Counted from the whole stretch's first letter, positions 1-12,528 are shown. The stretch: DNA of 53,262 nt, filler included, from Catajapyx aquilonaris (GCA_000934665.2; 2 parts of 2 records of this genome joined end to end with filler, not necessarily neighbours in it), one strand, 5' to 3'. Notes: generated from the letters alone by a model not told the origin. Made by a program: numbers and translations.

Positions 1-20
1 AAGGTAATTTCACTCCTTAT

Positions 21-1517
21 GAGATGGTCATACTCGTAATAATTACGAGTATGACCATCTCATAAGGGTCTTCTTAATTATTAAGAAGACAAAAAAATTT
101 AAATAAAAATGATGGTCAAAAAATTTATTATTTTGATGTTGATCATTAATGGACCTCTGCGATTTATTTTGAACGGCACTTAATATGACAAGTGAAATGT
201 TTACTTGGGATTCCGCAAAATCTGGAGAACCCCTGTTCCCTGATTCAAGAACTCTACTGAGGTAACAATAAATACTGATGTCAATGGCCGAGTAAAATGA
301 TAAATTGCATGAAGTTAAAAGAGATTCCCATTTTAATGGGCTTCTCAGTGAGGAAGGTGCAAGTTTCAGAATCTTTCTTGTCGTGTATGGATGGCCAAAA
401 AAAAATTATCCCGTGGCTGAATGATTGATTGGATATTTGTCGATCCAGAAATAATATTACAGCTGCCACTTCAGCATTTACGTAACTGTTATTAAGCAAC
501 AATATGATAAAATGTTCTCTTTAAAACCGCTGACCATGCGAACTTGACGTGTGGACAGCAGTTGTCAATCCAGGGACACCTGCGGCAATGGTATTTTGGA
601 ATGATGTTGTATATGTCGTATTTCGTGTTGGGCAGTTTATCAGGGTTCATTGTTGAACACAAGAATGGACTAACCGTGTACATAGGTGGTTGGAGCAACG
701 ATGAAGATTCGTCCATAGGCCTCCAGCTATGAGCATGCCTTTCTCAACAGTTGTGTAGGCAGTAGGCTACATGTACACACTCAGGTCTGTTCTTGTGTCC
801 AACAATGAACCCCGATAAACCGCCCTACGCGAAATGCATCATTCCAAAACACCTTCGTTATATATATGTCCCTGGAGCAGTAACAACCCAAGCACGTGTT
901 ACGATGCTCAGAGATTTTGAAGAGAGCATCTATCATATTGTTGCTTATTAACAATTAAGTAAGTGCTGAAATAGCAACTCTAATATTATTTCAGGATCTA
1001 CAAATATCGGTAGGCCTACCCATTAAATCGCTGAGATACTTTACAATTTTATTGGGCATCCATAAATGACACGAAAAATTCTGAAACTTGCTTCTTCAGA
1101 AGCTCTTAAAAATTGTGGTATCTTAATTAATTTAATGTGATTTATCTTATTACTCAATGACATCGGTATTTATTGTTAACTCGGTCGAGTTCTTGAATCA
1201 GGCTTTCTCGCAATATCATATGTACGTGGTAGGCCTTTATTTATTATTAGAGCAACAATATTATTTTGTGAAATTTTGTTGCCAATTTACGGGATTTCTA
1301 GGTTTGGCACACAAAATGCTTTTGATATTTGTCAGATATCGAATTTCTGATCTCCAGATTTGGCAGCAATCTCAAGCAAACATTTCCCGTATTATTTGAA
1401 GCGCCATTCAAAATCAGTAGTAGGGGTCGATTAATGAGTAATATCAAAATATAAAAATTTTGGGAACCATTTTGAATTTAAATTTTTGATTTTCCTGTGC
1501 ACATGTATGACCATCTC
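21..1517. mobile_element. Old non-autonomous TIR element with GAG...CTC termini (possibly Sola-like), containing a degenerate internal palindrome
   Basis: GAGATGGTCATAC at 21-33 and its reverse complement GTATGACCATCTC at 1505-1517. About 355-690 and about 770-1092 are diverged inverted copies of each other. No clean TSD. Confidence 0.5.
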
Positions 1518-1988
1518 ATAGAAAGTGAAAATACCTTTCAAATGCACACATTAAATTTAAGATTAAACCTGATCTTGTGGTCCTCCGAAGTAACAGCATA
1601 TTATGGGTCAAAAATGCTAGAAAATGGGCATATGTGACACCCTGTAGTTTCGAAACCACGCATCGTACACATAAACAAACTCGGTTGCATAAACCCATAT
1701 ATGGGCACTACAGCATACCCGAATATGGTCAAAATCGGAGAAGGTTGTGTGGCCAAGGGCGGCCCCTTTGACGCGGAATCCCCCTTTGCGCAGGGCGATT
1801 TCTGAAAAAATGTCACGTGACAGGACCCATGTGCACTGATCGCGTGGATCCTACCAAAAATTATTAGCATAGGACCAAACAAAACTCCATGCAAAGTTTG
1901 GTGCTTTTGTCCAACTTGTCCCCTTCATCTCGCTAAGAGCCCCCACTATACGAAAAATATGTAAGTGTGTATAACCTTGGTATAACTC

Positions 1989-2290
1989 CCGAATTTCAAG
2001 AAAATCGGTGAGGTTGGAATTTGACCTCTGCCCTCATCAGAATTGGGTCACGAGGTCATTTTGATCAGGTAACTATATGTGCGTTTTTCATCCCTTGGGG
2101 TGGGCTACCAATGCACCGAATTTGAAGAAAGTCCGGTGAGGTCGAAATTTGACCTCTGCCCCCCTCAAAATTGGGTCACGAGGTCATTTTGATCAGGTAA
2201 CTATAGGTGCGTTTTTCATCCCTTGGGGTGGGCTACCAATGCACCGAATTTCAAGAAAATCGGCGAGGTCATAAAATTTCCGGAAAAGGG
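1989..2290. repeat. Tandem repeat, about 127-128 bp unit, about 2.3 copies
   Basis: CCGAATTT(C/G)AAGAAA starts at 1989, 2116 and 2244, with near-identical sequence in between. Confidence 0.8.
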
Positions 2291-3749
2291 GGAAAAAAAA
2301 CTCAGGCCCTGGGGTAATGCAATCCTTCAAAAACTCCGTCATCAAAGGGTTAATATGTTCTGTCTTGATAGACCCTTCTACCCTTGCTGCACATGTTTCT
2401 ATTTTCAAAAATGAACCCTGTGGTACCATATAAAAATATAAAATCCATGTCTTTACCCAGGGGGGGGGGGGGGGATCCGGGCCTTCAATGGCCCAGGAAA
2501 GGTAAATACTGGAACTTGTCATAAACTAGTTGAATACCCCTGGCCTAGTGTAACAATTTTAACTAAAGACACTGACCTTTGCGTTCATGAATTGAAGGAA
2601 GAAATCCAACATGAAGGACTTCCCCAATCGGAAGGCTCCAGCAATTGACACCCCCACGACAGGTTTGTCCTTAAGACTGTTCGTCACTCCCAGGAGGAAT
2701 TCACTCGTTGACTCACAGTGCTTAGCATGGCAAGGTCGGGAACTATTTGAAAAGAAAAAGGTATACAGCCCGTGTTTAACATTGGCAACATCGCATGTGG
2801 TTATCAGCTATAATCTGTTGGGATGGAAGGGGAAGTGACCTTTTACCTTCCCCTCCCCTCCTCTCCCCAGCACATTTCACACCTGTCAATACTAGTTTTA
2901 AAATCTTGTGAGGAATAGCCTACGGGGCTGGATTTTCCACGTTAAATATTGTACACCAAAGTGTAGCAATTTCAAGAAAAGTCCACGAGCTATAAACATT
3001 TTAAAATTCCTTGGTAGATTTTTTGCAATTAATTTTAATGCTGACTACGGGTTTGTGTGGCCCCTCAGGTTCATTATTAAAATTAATGTCCTGCTAAGTA
3101 ACATACCGTATAAACGTGTAGTGGCAACAATAATATTTTTACCAGACCCCACAGAAATCCACAGTCTAAGGTGTAATCAGATTTATTTCCGTTGTTAATA
3201 GCCAAATCAACTTAAACTTTGGTCCGCCTAACTCCATTGTTACACTTCACAATTATCTATTCTAAAGTTCAGATAATCATAACCGTGACTTTTTATTACA
3301 TTTTGTTTATTACCCCACCACTCCATTTTTAGGGTGGGCGAACTGCACTGAGGTTGGGCAAGTATTACATCGCTAAATATGATTGAGGTACAGTACACCA
3401 CATGGTCCGCTGTAGGAAATGCAGAGGAACAACTCCGAGAACATCACGAACGCTGAGCACCAATAAATACATCGAGAGTGCATACTGGCTTCATTCTCTA
3501 GACAAAGTCCTATTTGGTCCAATTCTACAGAAAAGCTGTTGCATTCCAAAGTGAATATTGACATCAGTCCCTGAAGCACCTTCTGCCCACAATGTCCATG
3601 TAACACATCGGAAAGACCTGTGGCTGCTGCAATTTTTATGAAATAGACACATCAAAACAATCCTACGGCCCGACACGACATGTCGACATGCATAATATAG
3701 GCTATGCACATCCCAGCACATCCTCTTCTCCCACTGACTACATTTTCCA

Positions 3750-3824
3750 GGAGCCATATACTCATCAAGGTCACTCGCAATCGACTTTGTCGATTGCGAG
3801 TGACCTTGATGAGTATATGGCTCC
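3750..3824. repeat. Perfect hairpin: 36-bp arms, 3-nt loop
   Basis: GGAGCCATATACTCATCAAGGTCACTCGCAATCGAC, then TTT, then its exact reverse complement. Confidence 0.95.
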
Positions 3825-3916
3825 AGGGTCGAGTAGAATGCTGGGACGGATGCAGGACTGACAAGCAATTTAATTCAAGTGTACAGTAGTTCTTGTTGTA
3901 GCCCTACGATCATATA

Positions 3917-4482
3917 CAGTTGAATCGGATATAACAGCCTCGGCTATAACGGACTGTCGGTTATGACAGACTCGAAATGCATGCCCCGCCATACTTCCAC
4001 AAGGTCTTGTGTATTTTTCTCCTGATATAACAGACTCATTTTCACCTTATCTCGGCTATAAGACACCATTTATTTTGGCCCCTGAGTGAGAAATATGCTG
4101 GTTTTGATTACTCATCTTTTTTTCCCCATGCGAGGAAAGCATTGCATAGCCTACTGGAGTGGAGGCGATTTTTTTACCTGTCACTGATACTCTTGCCGAA
4201 AAGGTCAAAATCATAACTATTCTTGTGCATTTGGCAAAAGAAAATAACACATGTTTTTGGGCCTGCCTAGGAAATGGGTGAGCTAATTTCGCATTTTTGT
4301 GGATCATATTGTAATAATTTCATTAATCAGTATGCAGTAGTGTGCACTGCTAGCATGCATATATTGAAAATGGAAAACTTTGCGCATTCTTGAAAAAGCG
4401 TAGTTTTGGCTATCAAACAGATCTCGGTTATGACATACTTTTTCCGCCGTCCCTTGAAGTCTGTCATATCCGGTTTCAACTG
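3917..4482. mobile_element. pogo/Tigger-type MITE (family P), copy 1
   Basis: TA|CAGTTGAATCGGATATAACAG ... CTGTCATATCCGGTTTCAACTG|TA. Homologous copy at 36008-37117. Confidence 0.8.
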
Positions 4483-6574
4483 TAATTGAATCAAATGAAC
4501 GGAAATGTAGTTAGGAACATTTCGGCATGTCAATATTTTCATCTATAGTGCAAAAAAATGCTACGAATCAGCACAATAATTTGTTAGCAATTTTATTTTG
4601 CGTTTTAGGTTAAAACTATTGTTATCACAATGTTCCTGATTTCATTCCCGTTCATTTGATATGCATAAGAACTCCACTTGAAATAAATTGCCCGTCCTGT
4701 TCAATTTATCGTTGCCGACACATGTGGTTGCAATAATATCTCCGTGGGAGATTCTTTTGCCATTCTCCTGTACGTATGCACATGTTTTTTAATATATGAA
4801 TAACTTATTTATATATCAAATTCTGAGATTGCCTAGCCACCATCAGCCTTCGGCTTGCCATGACCCTGCTGGATAAGTTGCTTTCCCCCGAAAGGTGGAA
4901 AATCGAGCCAAGAAATTACTCAGAAGATTATAGCAGATAAGGGCATGAGGCGACAGCCTCGAGTCGAGAACAGCTGCATTGCCAAGTTGAACGCGCGTCG
5001 ACTCCAGCGCTCTCAGGGAGACAAGTCGTGCACTACTTACACCCGAAATGGCCGGAAAAGCTCCGGTTTGCACCATCAACTTATATCCCCGTTATCTCCA
5101 CTATGGATCACTAGATTTAATTGAAACAAACGGCAACTTGCACCCAAAGAGTGTGAAAGTGATACTAGTGGAAGGATTTTTTCTGCAAATCCCTAGTTTA
5201 CGAATGGCAATTTTTTTCATCCTCACCCCAGTTTCCTGCCTGTTTAGCACCCTAAATGTTGATTATTATAAATAATTTGCAAAATGTAATCCACTGGTCT
5301 CAATTTCCTACTCATGCTCAATCATTTAATATTATAGTTGACAAGATTACGCTAAGTAGTGTAGGAGAAACAGGGGATATAAGTTACATGGGATACGCCT
5401 CTCAGAGCACTTTCGTTCAGCTTAAAGCCGGTTCCTTCCTTTTCCACTATGGTGACAGGCTTGCCCACCTCAGATGTTCTGTCCACTCTCCCTTTTGTGT
5501 AAAAAAATTTAATAAGTATCCTAACTAATATAATAAAATTACACTTAACACATACTAAACTAAATGTTGGTTTAAGACCTACATTTAAACTGTGTTGTAC
5601 TTGAAAATACTGGCTTGGAGGTTGGTACAGATGTGTCTTCCAGGTCCGACATATCTACTTTTTCCCAAGATTGCAAATCATCTGCATCATCAGGCAAACA
5701 GTGGCCAATGCGAGGCCCTATTAAATCCCTAATGGAAGTAAAACCAATCAGTAATAAATTCGACCAATATTGGAACAATACTACAACTAAAAAAGACATT
5801 ATTATGCTTTTAAAAAATTAGTTTGTGCGGATATCTATTACACGCACCATACATTGATGCTGATATTGTGCTACAAATTTATATACGTTTTAATAATGAT
5901 GTTCAAGTAAACTCACTTCCTTCTGATCTGGTTCACACTTTCATTCAGTTCACTGGCGACTGATTCTACCACACTTAGCAAAGTACTACGAGGCTCAACA
6001 CTGGCTGACTCATCTGTCCGTACTCCCACCGCTGACCTGCTGATCCCTTCCACCATACGATACTCGGTCAGAGCCCTACAAGTAGTTTGAAAAAATCAGT
6101 ATTGATATTAAAGATCCAAAACAAACATTACACAAACTTCACCTGATCTGGTTCAAATACTTGCTCATCGCACCTGCAACTGATCCGACCATAGTAGCCA
6201 TAGTGCGAGACTGGCCTCCGTCGGACTTGTTACTTGGTACTTCCATTGTGGGCACGATCCCTTTCAACAGGGCAGTGTTGCTTTAAATACCTGACAGGAT
6301 TATACGAGAAGATTTTCTCGGCTGCTGCTTCGAGTCCCTCCATGCCAACATCCCTCTGGATAGCTACACCACATGATGTGGCGTTGACTCTTGTCAGGCG
6401 ATCCCCATGAGGCCTCATGAGTGCCGCCTTCACCTGCAGAGAACGGCATCATTAGTAACGTATCTTCGTATCTCATTGTTATTTTACCACATTATTATTT
6501 TACCACATTATAACTACGAGATGATTGTTAGGTGGCCATTGACTCTTTGGCTAATACGTAAAAGTGTTACATGC

Positions 6575-6900
6575 AGGGGAGGCGGAGTGGTGCTGCGGTA
6601 ACGTATGCGCCCACGGATGTTAAGGTCCCGGGTTCGATCCCAACCCGGGGAGACCCCCTTCATCTCGTGCAGAGTTCATGAGTCGTCTCTGACTTCGTCT
6701 CAGGTGGAATTTCCAACAGACTAAACCACCCGGGGGAGTTCACTAAAAATGGCCACGTTAAAGACTAAGGTACTGCACTTGCACATCCCCTCCTGTCATC
6801 CTGCCCGTGGGCCCAGGAGCTTCAACAATAGGATTCCCAAAGTTGTACCAACGTTAAAATAAAGGTCTGGCAGAAAACCCCTAGGGCTACGCCGATCACC

Positions 6901-6954
<54 letters not shown>
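6575..6954 (+). mobile_element. tRNA-derived SINE (head type A) with (ATT)n tail
   Basis: tRNA-like head with B box GGTTCGATCCC. (ATT)n tail at 6902-6954. 13-bp TSD AAGTGTTACATGC at 6562-6574 and 6955-6967. Same head at 11051 and 21466. Confidence 0.9.
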
Positions 6955-6955
<1 letters not shown>

Positions 6956-7631
6956 AGTGTTACATGCTGGAGTAGCCTAATAATACAAAGAAAGTTGCAT
7001 TTTTCAGATAAATCTACCGAAAAACGGGATGAATAGGAACTAGTGAATTGCAAAATTGCGTTTGTAATGTACTGTACACTTGACAAGAGTACAAAAAAGT
7101 GACAATACTCCAATCTAATGTATATGTAAATAATTTTCCAATCTGAGAGGTTTAAATCCGAGGTTGTATAGCGGAGACAGGGCAGTAGTGTGTATATACT
7201 ACATAAATTGCGAAATATGCGCATTTTGACCAAAATATGCAAGATTGGAGATTTTTTTGGAAGCTAGGTGACTGTTCCATTAAATAAAGTAGTAAATGTA
7301 TAAATTACATAACAGAGCATTATTCCAAAAGCATGAGTTTAAAAGTTCATATTGGTTTTCTGAAAGGTGCCTGAAATATGCTCATTGAAACCAATGAAAA
7401 AAGTGCATCTTTCCATGAATGTTATTCATCTGAATGACCCTAATACGTATAACCTGCTCGGTGAAACCGACAATAAATATGATGAAACAACCTCAATAGC
7501 AACTGATTCATAAAGATTAGTGAGTAGGCCTCCACAATAAGGTCCTGGCTTATTGATGCATCCCGCAGCACAAGCTCAAGGTGAGGCAGGTGTGGGCGGG
7601 CGGGCAACACAAAGCACATACGATATAGGTC

Positions 7632-7940
7632 AGGTGCTATCATGGCCCTACGGGTACGGAAATGGTCCGGACATTTTTGATGGTAGGCTGAAGGCTATGC
7701 CGACCACCAATCGAATGCGCTATATGTGATGCTTGTGCAAGCCTGAGATTTATAAATTACACTGTTAGAGGGAAAAGTGCTGGAAAAGTGACTAAGTTTA
7801 TATGATCAAGACACTTTTCTCTCAAAAAGTGATAAATCTTAAACTCGCACAAGCATAGCATAGCGCACTCGATTGGTGGTCGGCTGATAACCCTCAGCCT
7901 ACCACCAAATGTCCGGACCATTTCCGTGCCCATAGCACCT
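7632..7940. mobile_element. Palindromic MITE
   Basis: AGGTGCTAT...ATAGCACCT ends with about 120-bp imperfect inverted arms, flanked by GTC on both sides. Confidence 0.7.
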
Positions 7941-8857
7941 GTCGTATATAGAGAACGGTGATGGCGGGAGGACTGGAGGACAGGGCGAGGTATATCCCAG
8001 AGCACTGACACTTTCCTTGCTCAGTCGTTGTCGCAGACTTTTGGGGATTATGCGGACTCATGAGGCTGATGCGGACTGATCCGGCTGATGCTGTGATGCT
8101 GTGATGAGGCTGATGCGGACTGATCCGGACTGATGCGGCTAATGCGGCTGATGCGGTGATGATAGGTCCGGACTCCGAGGATGTCTTCTCTCAGTTGTTC
8201 ACTAACTTGTTCACTATCACTATAATCACTTCAGTCACTTGGAGGTGGAGCTTGGAGCAGCTCCCATTCCTTCCAAATCCCCAAGTCCCAACACAATAGA
8301 CAGTGACCCCTGTGCCGTACTGACTGACTATACTGAGTACTGACGAACAATGAACAACCAACAACAAACTGACCGACCGAATAGACCGATTCCTCTCCAG
8401 TCGACAGGTATATATAGGCCTTATATAAGCTTAGGCCGGGGCGTGTTGCGTCCCCAAGCTAAATTCAAGGTACGACCCAAATCAAACCAAAGAGGTTTTT
8501 GACCAGGACTTTCACTGTTTCACAGGCCTATGAGAAAAACAAAATGCTGCCTAAAGGACGAAACCAGTATAGTAGGCCTATATTGGCTTAGTACAAGTCA
8601 GTGACCGATCACAATACCGTGGACTTTTAACACTCAACTCAGGGACATTGACAATGCCTGTGTCTTTGCATTCCCTCTCCGATAAGATGCCCAGAAGAAA
8701 AGGGTTGGCTATATAATCGCAATAAGAAACTTCAGTTGGTACGAATTGCTTGCTTCCATTTACGTGCACCTGAGAACACTTCTTCGTAAATAACGGCTGC
8801 AGAATTTCGGGGAGGGCAGAGACAAGCAATAAAGTAGCCTATAGCTATACCGAGTAC

Positions 8858-9070
8858 TTTATAATTGATATTAGGGAGGTTGGCCCAGCTTTCCCTCTTC
8901 AACCTCCAAGGATAGGGAAGGAAGGAAGCAGCTGTGGCCTATTATACGGAAGTGACCCTGGAATATTATCCTCGGAACACAGTGGAAAACCACAGTCAGG
9001 ATCGCCGGCCCCGGGATTCGAACCCAGGACCTCCCGATTAGCAGTCGGATGCCTTATCCACCATGCCACA
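8858..9070 (-). mobile_element. tRNA-derived SINE (head type B)
   Basis: Minus-strand B box GGTTCGAATCC. Body GGAAGGAAGCxGCTGTGGCCTATT shared with 17939-18144 and 28849-29133. Ends approximate. Confidence 0.8.
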
Positions 9071-9099
9071 AAATGAGAGTATACATGCTTAAATTAGGC

Positions 9100-9558
9100 C
9101 CTGGTAGACCAACAAAATAGCACAACTCTTGTTCACTAGTCATCATAACTAACTACTCATAACTCATAAATTCCAGAAGTTCTTGCGGTGATGAGGTCAA
9201 AACAGAGACAACTGAGATCCATCTGGCCGTCGATGAAGTTCAACAACTGGGTTGCATCGTACATGCTCTCCAGCTGATTTGGATAGTGTTCCTAACATCT
9301 GACCAACAGCTGCAAATGCAAGCGCTTAAATATTGCTCTAATTACCAAATGTACTACTTACCTATGATGCAATCATATACACTTGAGTAGTAAGTGTAAG
9401 TACTGCTGCTCTCAGCAGTGGTGGGCTGGACGAGCAGGATAGCCGGACCCTGCAATTAGTATTTTATGAGTAATTTTGGCTGTATGTAACTTTATGCAAA
9501 TGCACTCACGGTGAAGGTACAATTACTGATACCATAATTTCTGATAATAACTCACCAT
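9100..9558 (-). pseudogene. ERH: Enhancer of rudimentary (ERH)-like paralogue, spliced, frameshifted in exon 3
   Basis: ATG|GTGAGT at 9558-9556. 88-nt exon 9449-9362 reads GPAILLVQPTTAESSSTYTYYSSVYDCII-G (ERH: [30 protein letters not shown]). 52-nt GT-AG intron. Exon from 9309 reads AVGQM, then a frameshift, then EHYPNQLESMYDATQLLNFIDGQMDLSCLCFD (ERH: YDISQLFDFIDDLADLSCLVY). 3' end approximate. Confidence 0.8.
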
Positions 9559-11050
9559 TTTCAATGTTTGATTGGTGCTCACACTTCCAGAAGCTTCGAG
9601 CCTGCAAGTTTCGAACAGAATAGAACAAAATTGAACCACAATCGAACGCAATAGGACAAAATCGAACCAAATGGAAGATAACAGAACCTTTCCCTTGGAA
9701 TAATTCAGTCATTCGAATGACCATAGATTACAGCTTATACCTAAGCTCTAAACAGTAAGTGCTGCCACCTCAATTCGGATAGTGAGAATTGAAATACAGA
9801 GCGCTTATTTGAATTAGTCTGGAACAAATAAAATGGACAATACTGCCACAATAAAGGGCAATACACAGTAAAATGGACGCTTATATTTATTGCAACACAA
9901 AACACAAACGAGCTTTGCGTAGTGGCGATATCGTAATGAGCGAACAGGAACAAACGACAGGGTGTCCCACAAGTGACTCACATATAGTACAATGATATAG
10001 TACAATGACATAGTACAATGTGTAGCCTACAATAGGGTGGCGCGAAAAAAACGAAAGTTGTCCGATTAAATCGCACGGGGTGTCAAATGTTGTGTATGGG
10101 ACAAGTATAACACTGGTGATTTTTTTTTAGAATTTTCGTATTCATCTTCATTAATTATTTTGTCGCCAGAGCCTTCAAGTTTCGCCATTTTTATGAGAAC
10201 AACACATATTACATTATGCAACAAGATTTGTGGCCATGGAAATTCATCGCTATTTCCATGTTGCTTAGGTCACTGGTAACTCATATAATTGAGCATTCAT
10301 TTTGTCTGGGATATTTGTTTTTGACCTTGGGGCAGTTGCAGTCAAAAAACCAAATTCCTCTAAATAGTGCATAGCACCACCTGGCGCTGGTATATAGCAG
10401 GTTTTGCCCAAGGTCTATTGCCTACATTGTACCTGTGAAAAATGCATGAAATGAGAACTACTCTAATTACCTCCAAAAATAGTTAAAATCATGGTCATAG
10501 AGCCCTCCACTTCCCCCCATCGCACAGGGGCCATTCATGAGAGCTCTATGCTCCTGTAAATTACTTCAGAATGTCTGTAACAAAATGTGACATTCCCATC
10601 CACTTTCTGAGCAAGGTTTAATTCCTTGACTTGAGTAGCTATCATCAGGGATTCTGAACAGCCTCCCCCCATGTGGCACATTGATTGAAGGGAGCCAAAT
10701 TCAACTGCCAAAAATGTGCAGGTAACATAGGAGTTACAGTTGAAACAGAGGTATGATAATGCATAATCGTCAGACATTGTGCTCAGGTGTGACATCGAGA
10801 GGAACTAGGAAATAGACTACTAGCAAAATTGTAATAAATATCATCCGATTACTGCTGATATAAAATAATTTCCACCTAAAACAGAAGATAGAATCTACAG
10901 GTCAGCTGACAAAATGTATGGAGAAGATGTAATACCCCAATATTACAGTATTACAAACATTACAGAAATAATCTTGAAGCGACGACTATTCACAGTCACA
11001 CATTACAGACAGAACCCATTGCTACACAGCAACAAATCATATCCAGTAAG

Positions 11051-11176
11051 CGGGAGGCGAAGTGGAGCTGCGGTAACGCACGCACCCACGAATGTTAAGG
11101 TCCCGGGTTCGATCCCAGCCTGGGGACACCCCCTTCATATCGTGCAGAGTTTGGGCCATCTCTGGCTTCGTCGTGG
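11051..11176 (+). mobile_element. SINE head type A, 3'-truncated
   Basis: Matches the first ~125 nt of the 6575 and 21466 copies, including B box GGTTCGATCCC. Confidence 0.8.
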
Positions 11177-11513
11177 GTACTATGTATTACAATATCATAC
11201 AGCAGTGCTCTAAGGAACACCACCAATATCCCAAATACCGTAATATGCCGTAGCTTCATTTGGCTAGTGACCATAACTCTCTTCCATGTGATTTAGGAAG
11301 TCAACAGCTGAACACCTGGCTTACAAGCCATGCTGCAGTGTGGCGGATTCATAACAATATTATCTTGTTTGTTGCTGCAGTGGCCCGATTTAGACACTGA
11401 GCTGCATGAAATTAGCAAGTACTCTTCCTGTCTAAAATTTTATGTTAATCCTACCAGTATTATTATATTGTTCCAATTGCTATATGTCACGAGAAGAAAT
11501 TCTATGCTATATA

Positions 11514-12528
11514 CAGGGTGGACGAAAAGTTTCGGACCCCCCCCCCCCCAGGTTTTTAAACCCTACTTTTCACAGCGTCTTTTCACATCTTTTAAAAGTC
11601 CACAAGCAGTTCTAATGTACACTATCTTTTGAAGCGTAATCTTGAGAACATCTGAGCACCTTCGCTCTCGCAATTCCATTAATAACTTCGCCTCTGTGAC
11701 TCATCTAAACATCCTATCTGTTTTGCGTTTATTTTGCTTGTTGCCTTGGAGGACCCCTGGTCATATTCTGCGTCAGATAATGTTTTTATGGCCCTTTTCC
11801 ATGAGTTCCCCTTCATGCAAATGTTGTGAACTCACTCCTGGCCTTATTTTTCGCATTGGTCCATAACTTGGTCCAATAAAAATTTGAAAAGGAATGCATG
11901 AAATGGCGGACCCGGATGCATTACTTTCGAATTGGTACCATCACATTTGTCTCCATTTTTACTTTAAAATAATTTTTGGTGGGAAAGGACAGTAAACAGT
12001 CTTACCTTGGTAAATTAATCAACATGACACATCCTTTCGTTCACGTCCTTTCTCACCAAAAAATTATTTTAAAGTAAAAGTGGAGACAAATGTGATGGTA
12101 CCAATGTGAGAATTCGAAAGTAATTCATCCGGGTCCGCCATTTAATGCATTCCTTTTCAAATTTTTATTGGACCAGGTTATGGACCAATGCGAAAAATAA
12201 GGTCAGGAGTGAGTTCACAACATTTGCATGAAGGGGAACTCATGGAAAAGGGTCATAAAAACATTATCTGACGCAGAATATGACCAGGGGTCCTCCAAGG
12301 TAACAAGCAAAATAAACGCAAAAACAGATAGGATGTTTAGATGAGTCACAGAGGCGAAGTTATTAATGGAATTGCGAGAGCGAAGGTGCTCAGATGTTCT
12401 CAATATTATGCTTCAAAAGATAGTGTACATTAGAACAACTGTTTGTGGACTTTTAAAAGATGTGAAAAGACGCTGTGAAAAGTAGGGTTAAAAAACCTGG
12501 AGGGGTCCGAAACTTTCCGTCCACCCTG
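11514..12528. mobile_element. About 1-kb palindromic Tc1/mariner-type MITE (family M), copy 1
   Basis: TA|CAGGGTGGACG ... CGTCCACCCTG|TA with about 470-bp inverted arms. Near-identical copy at 29663-30670. Confidence 0.92.

Noticed and set aside
1418..1948. Possible Academ-type MITE (TAGTAGGGG ... CCCCCACTA)
   Set aside because: The TIR match is short and imperfect, there is no TSD, and it overlaps another element's end.
6575..6650. Functional tRNA genes at SINE heads (also 11051, 21466, 25446, 27915, 49230)
   Set aside because: They continue into shared SINE bodies, mostly with tails and TSDs, and lack intact cloverleaves.
6230..8450. Possible minus-strand gene (exon-like 6230-6433, ORF pieces at 7440-8060, TATA-like 8409-8428)
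   Set aside because: No recognisable homology and no consistent exon chain. The TATA-to-initiator spacing is off.
11642..12403. Twin ORFs MRTSEHLRSRNS on opposite strands
   Set aside because: They are the two arms of a palindromic MITE, with no protein motif.
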